Shown: piece after piece, positions 63,945 through 64,000 of the stretch
How positions within the stretch are numbered: the first letter of the stretch is position 1
Layout: each line of letters starts with the position of its first letter
IMG/VR virus record: IMGVR_UViG_3300044640_002221
Span: 72,924-136,923 of that record
Reading direction: 5' to 3' (one strand)
Source: a virus
DNA length: 64,000 nucleotides
The notes under the pieces: generated by a model
What the model saw: the letters and a program-made list of their open reading frames with translations, nothing else
Databases searched by the model: none
What the model was told of the DNA's origin: nothing
Translations under genes and position numbers: made by a program

Positions 63945-64000
63945 GTGGTACCTCCTACGGTGTATTGGCTGTTGGTCATAAAAAGTGACCCACAACGAAC

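Noticed and set aside
63945-63995. TTG start for the giant ORF given in the track
   Set aside because: ATG at 63944 has an AGGAGG Shine-Dalgarno 6 nt upstream, so it was preferred.

Overview
AT-rich, gene-dense segment of a large dsDNA phage genome, almost entirely coded on the minus strand. The host is very probably a cyanobacterium: there is a cyanobacterial-type sigma70 factor, at least 10 HIP1 GCGATCGC sites and cyanobacterial IS200/IS605-type ends. Recognisable genes: 5'-truncated tail fibre with collar domain, sigma factor, GH24 lysozyme, vWA protein, rIIA/rIIB, adenine MTase, DUF4343 ATP-grasp, L,D-transpeptidase-like protein, second GHKL ATPase, 2OG-Fe(II) oxygenase, tRNAs His/Thr/Arg, two MazG-like proteins, RNA ligase, dNMP kinase and RNase H. 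About 60 hypothetical genes fill the rest. Main observations: (1) a ~4084-aa protein fusing AlkB, a DFDGD two-barrel RNA polymerase, DUF4326, macro, SLOG-like and Pif1/RecD helicase domains; (2) a coiled-coil gene followed by a ~290-nt structured ncRNA whose large loop is 13 near-tandem heptamers; (3) a purine-rich motif repeated >20 times, always in the sense direction, a candidate promoter for the phage RNAP; (4) a 13-bp palindrome ACGAACTGTTCGT dispersed every 2-12 kb; (5) two 52-bp collapsed IS605-type elements whose removal restores reading frames and whose guide/target tetranucleotides covary. Family names come from motif recognition by eye; no database search was run.
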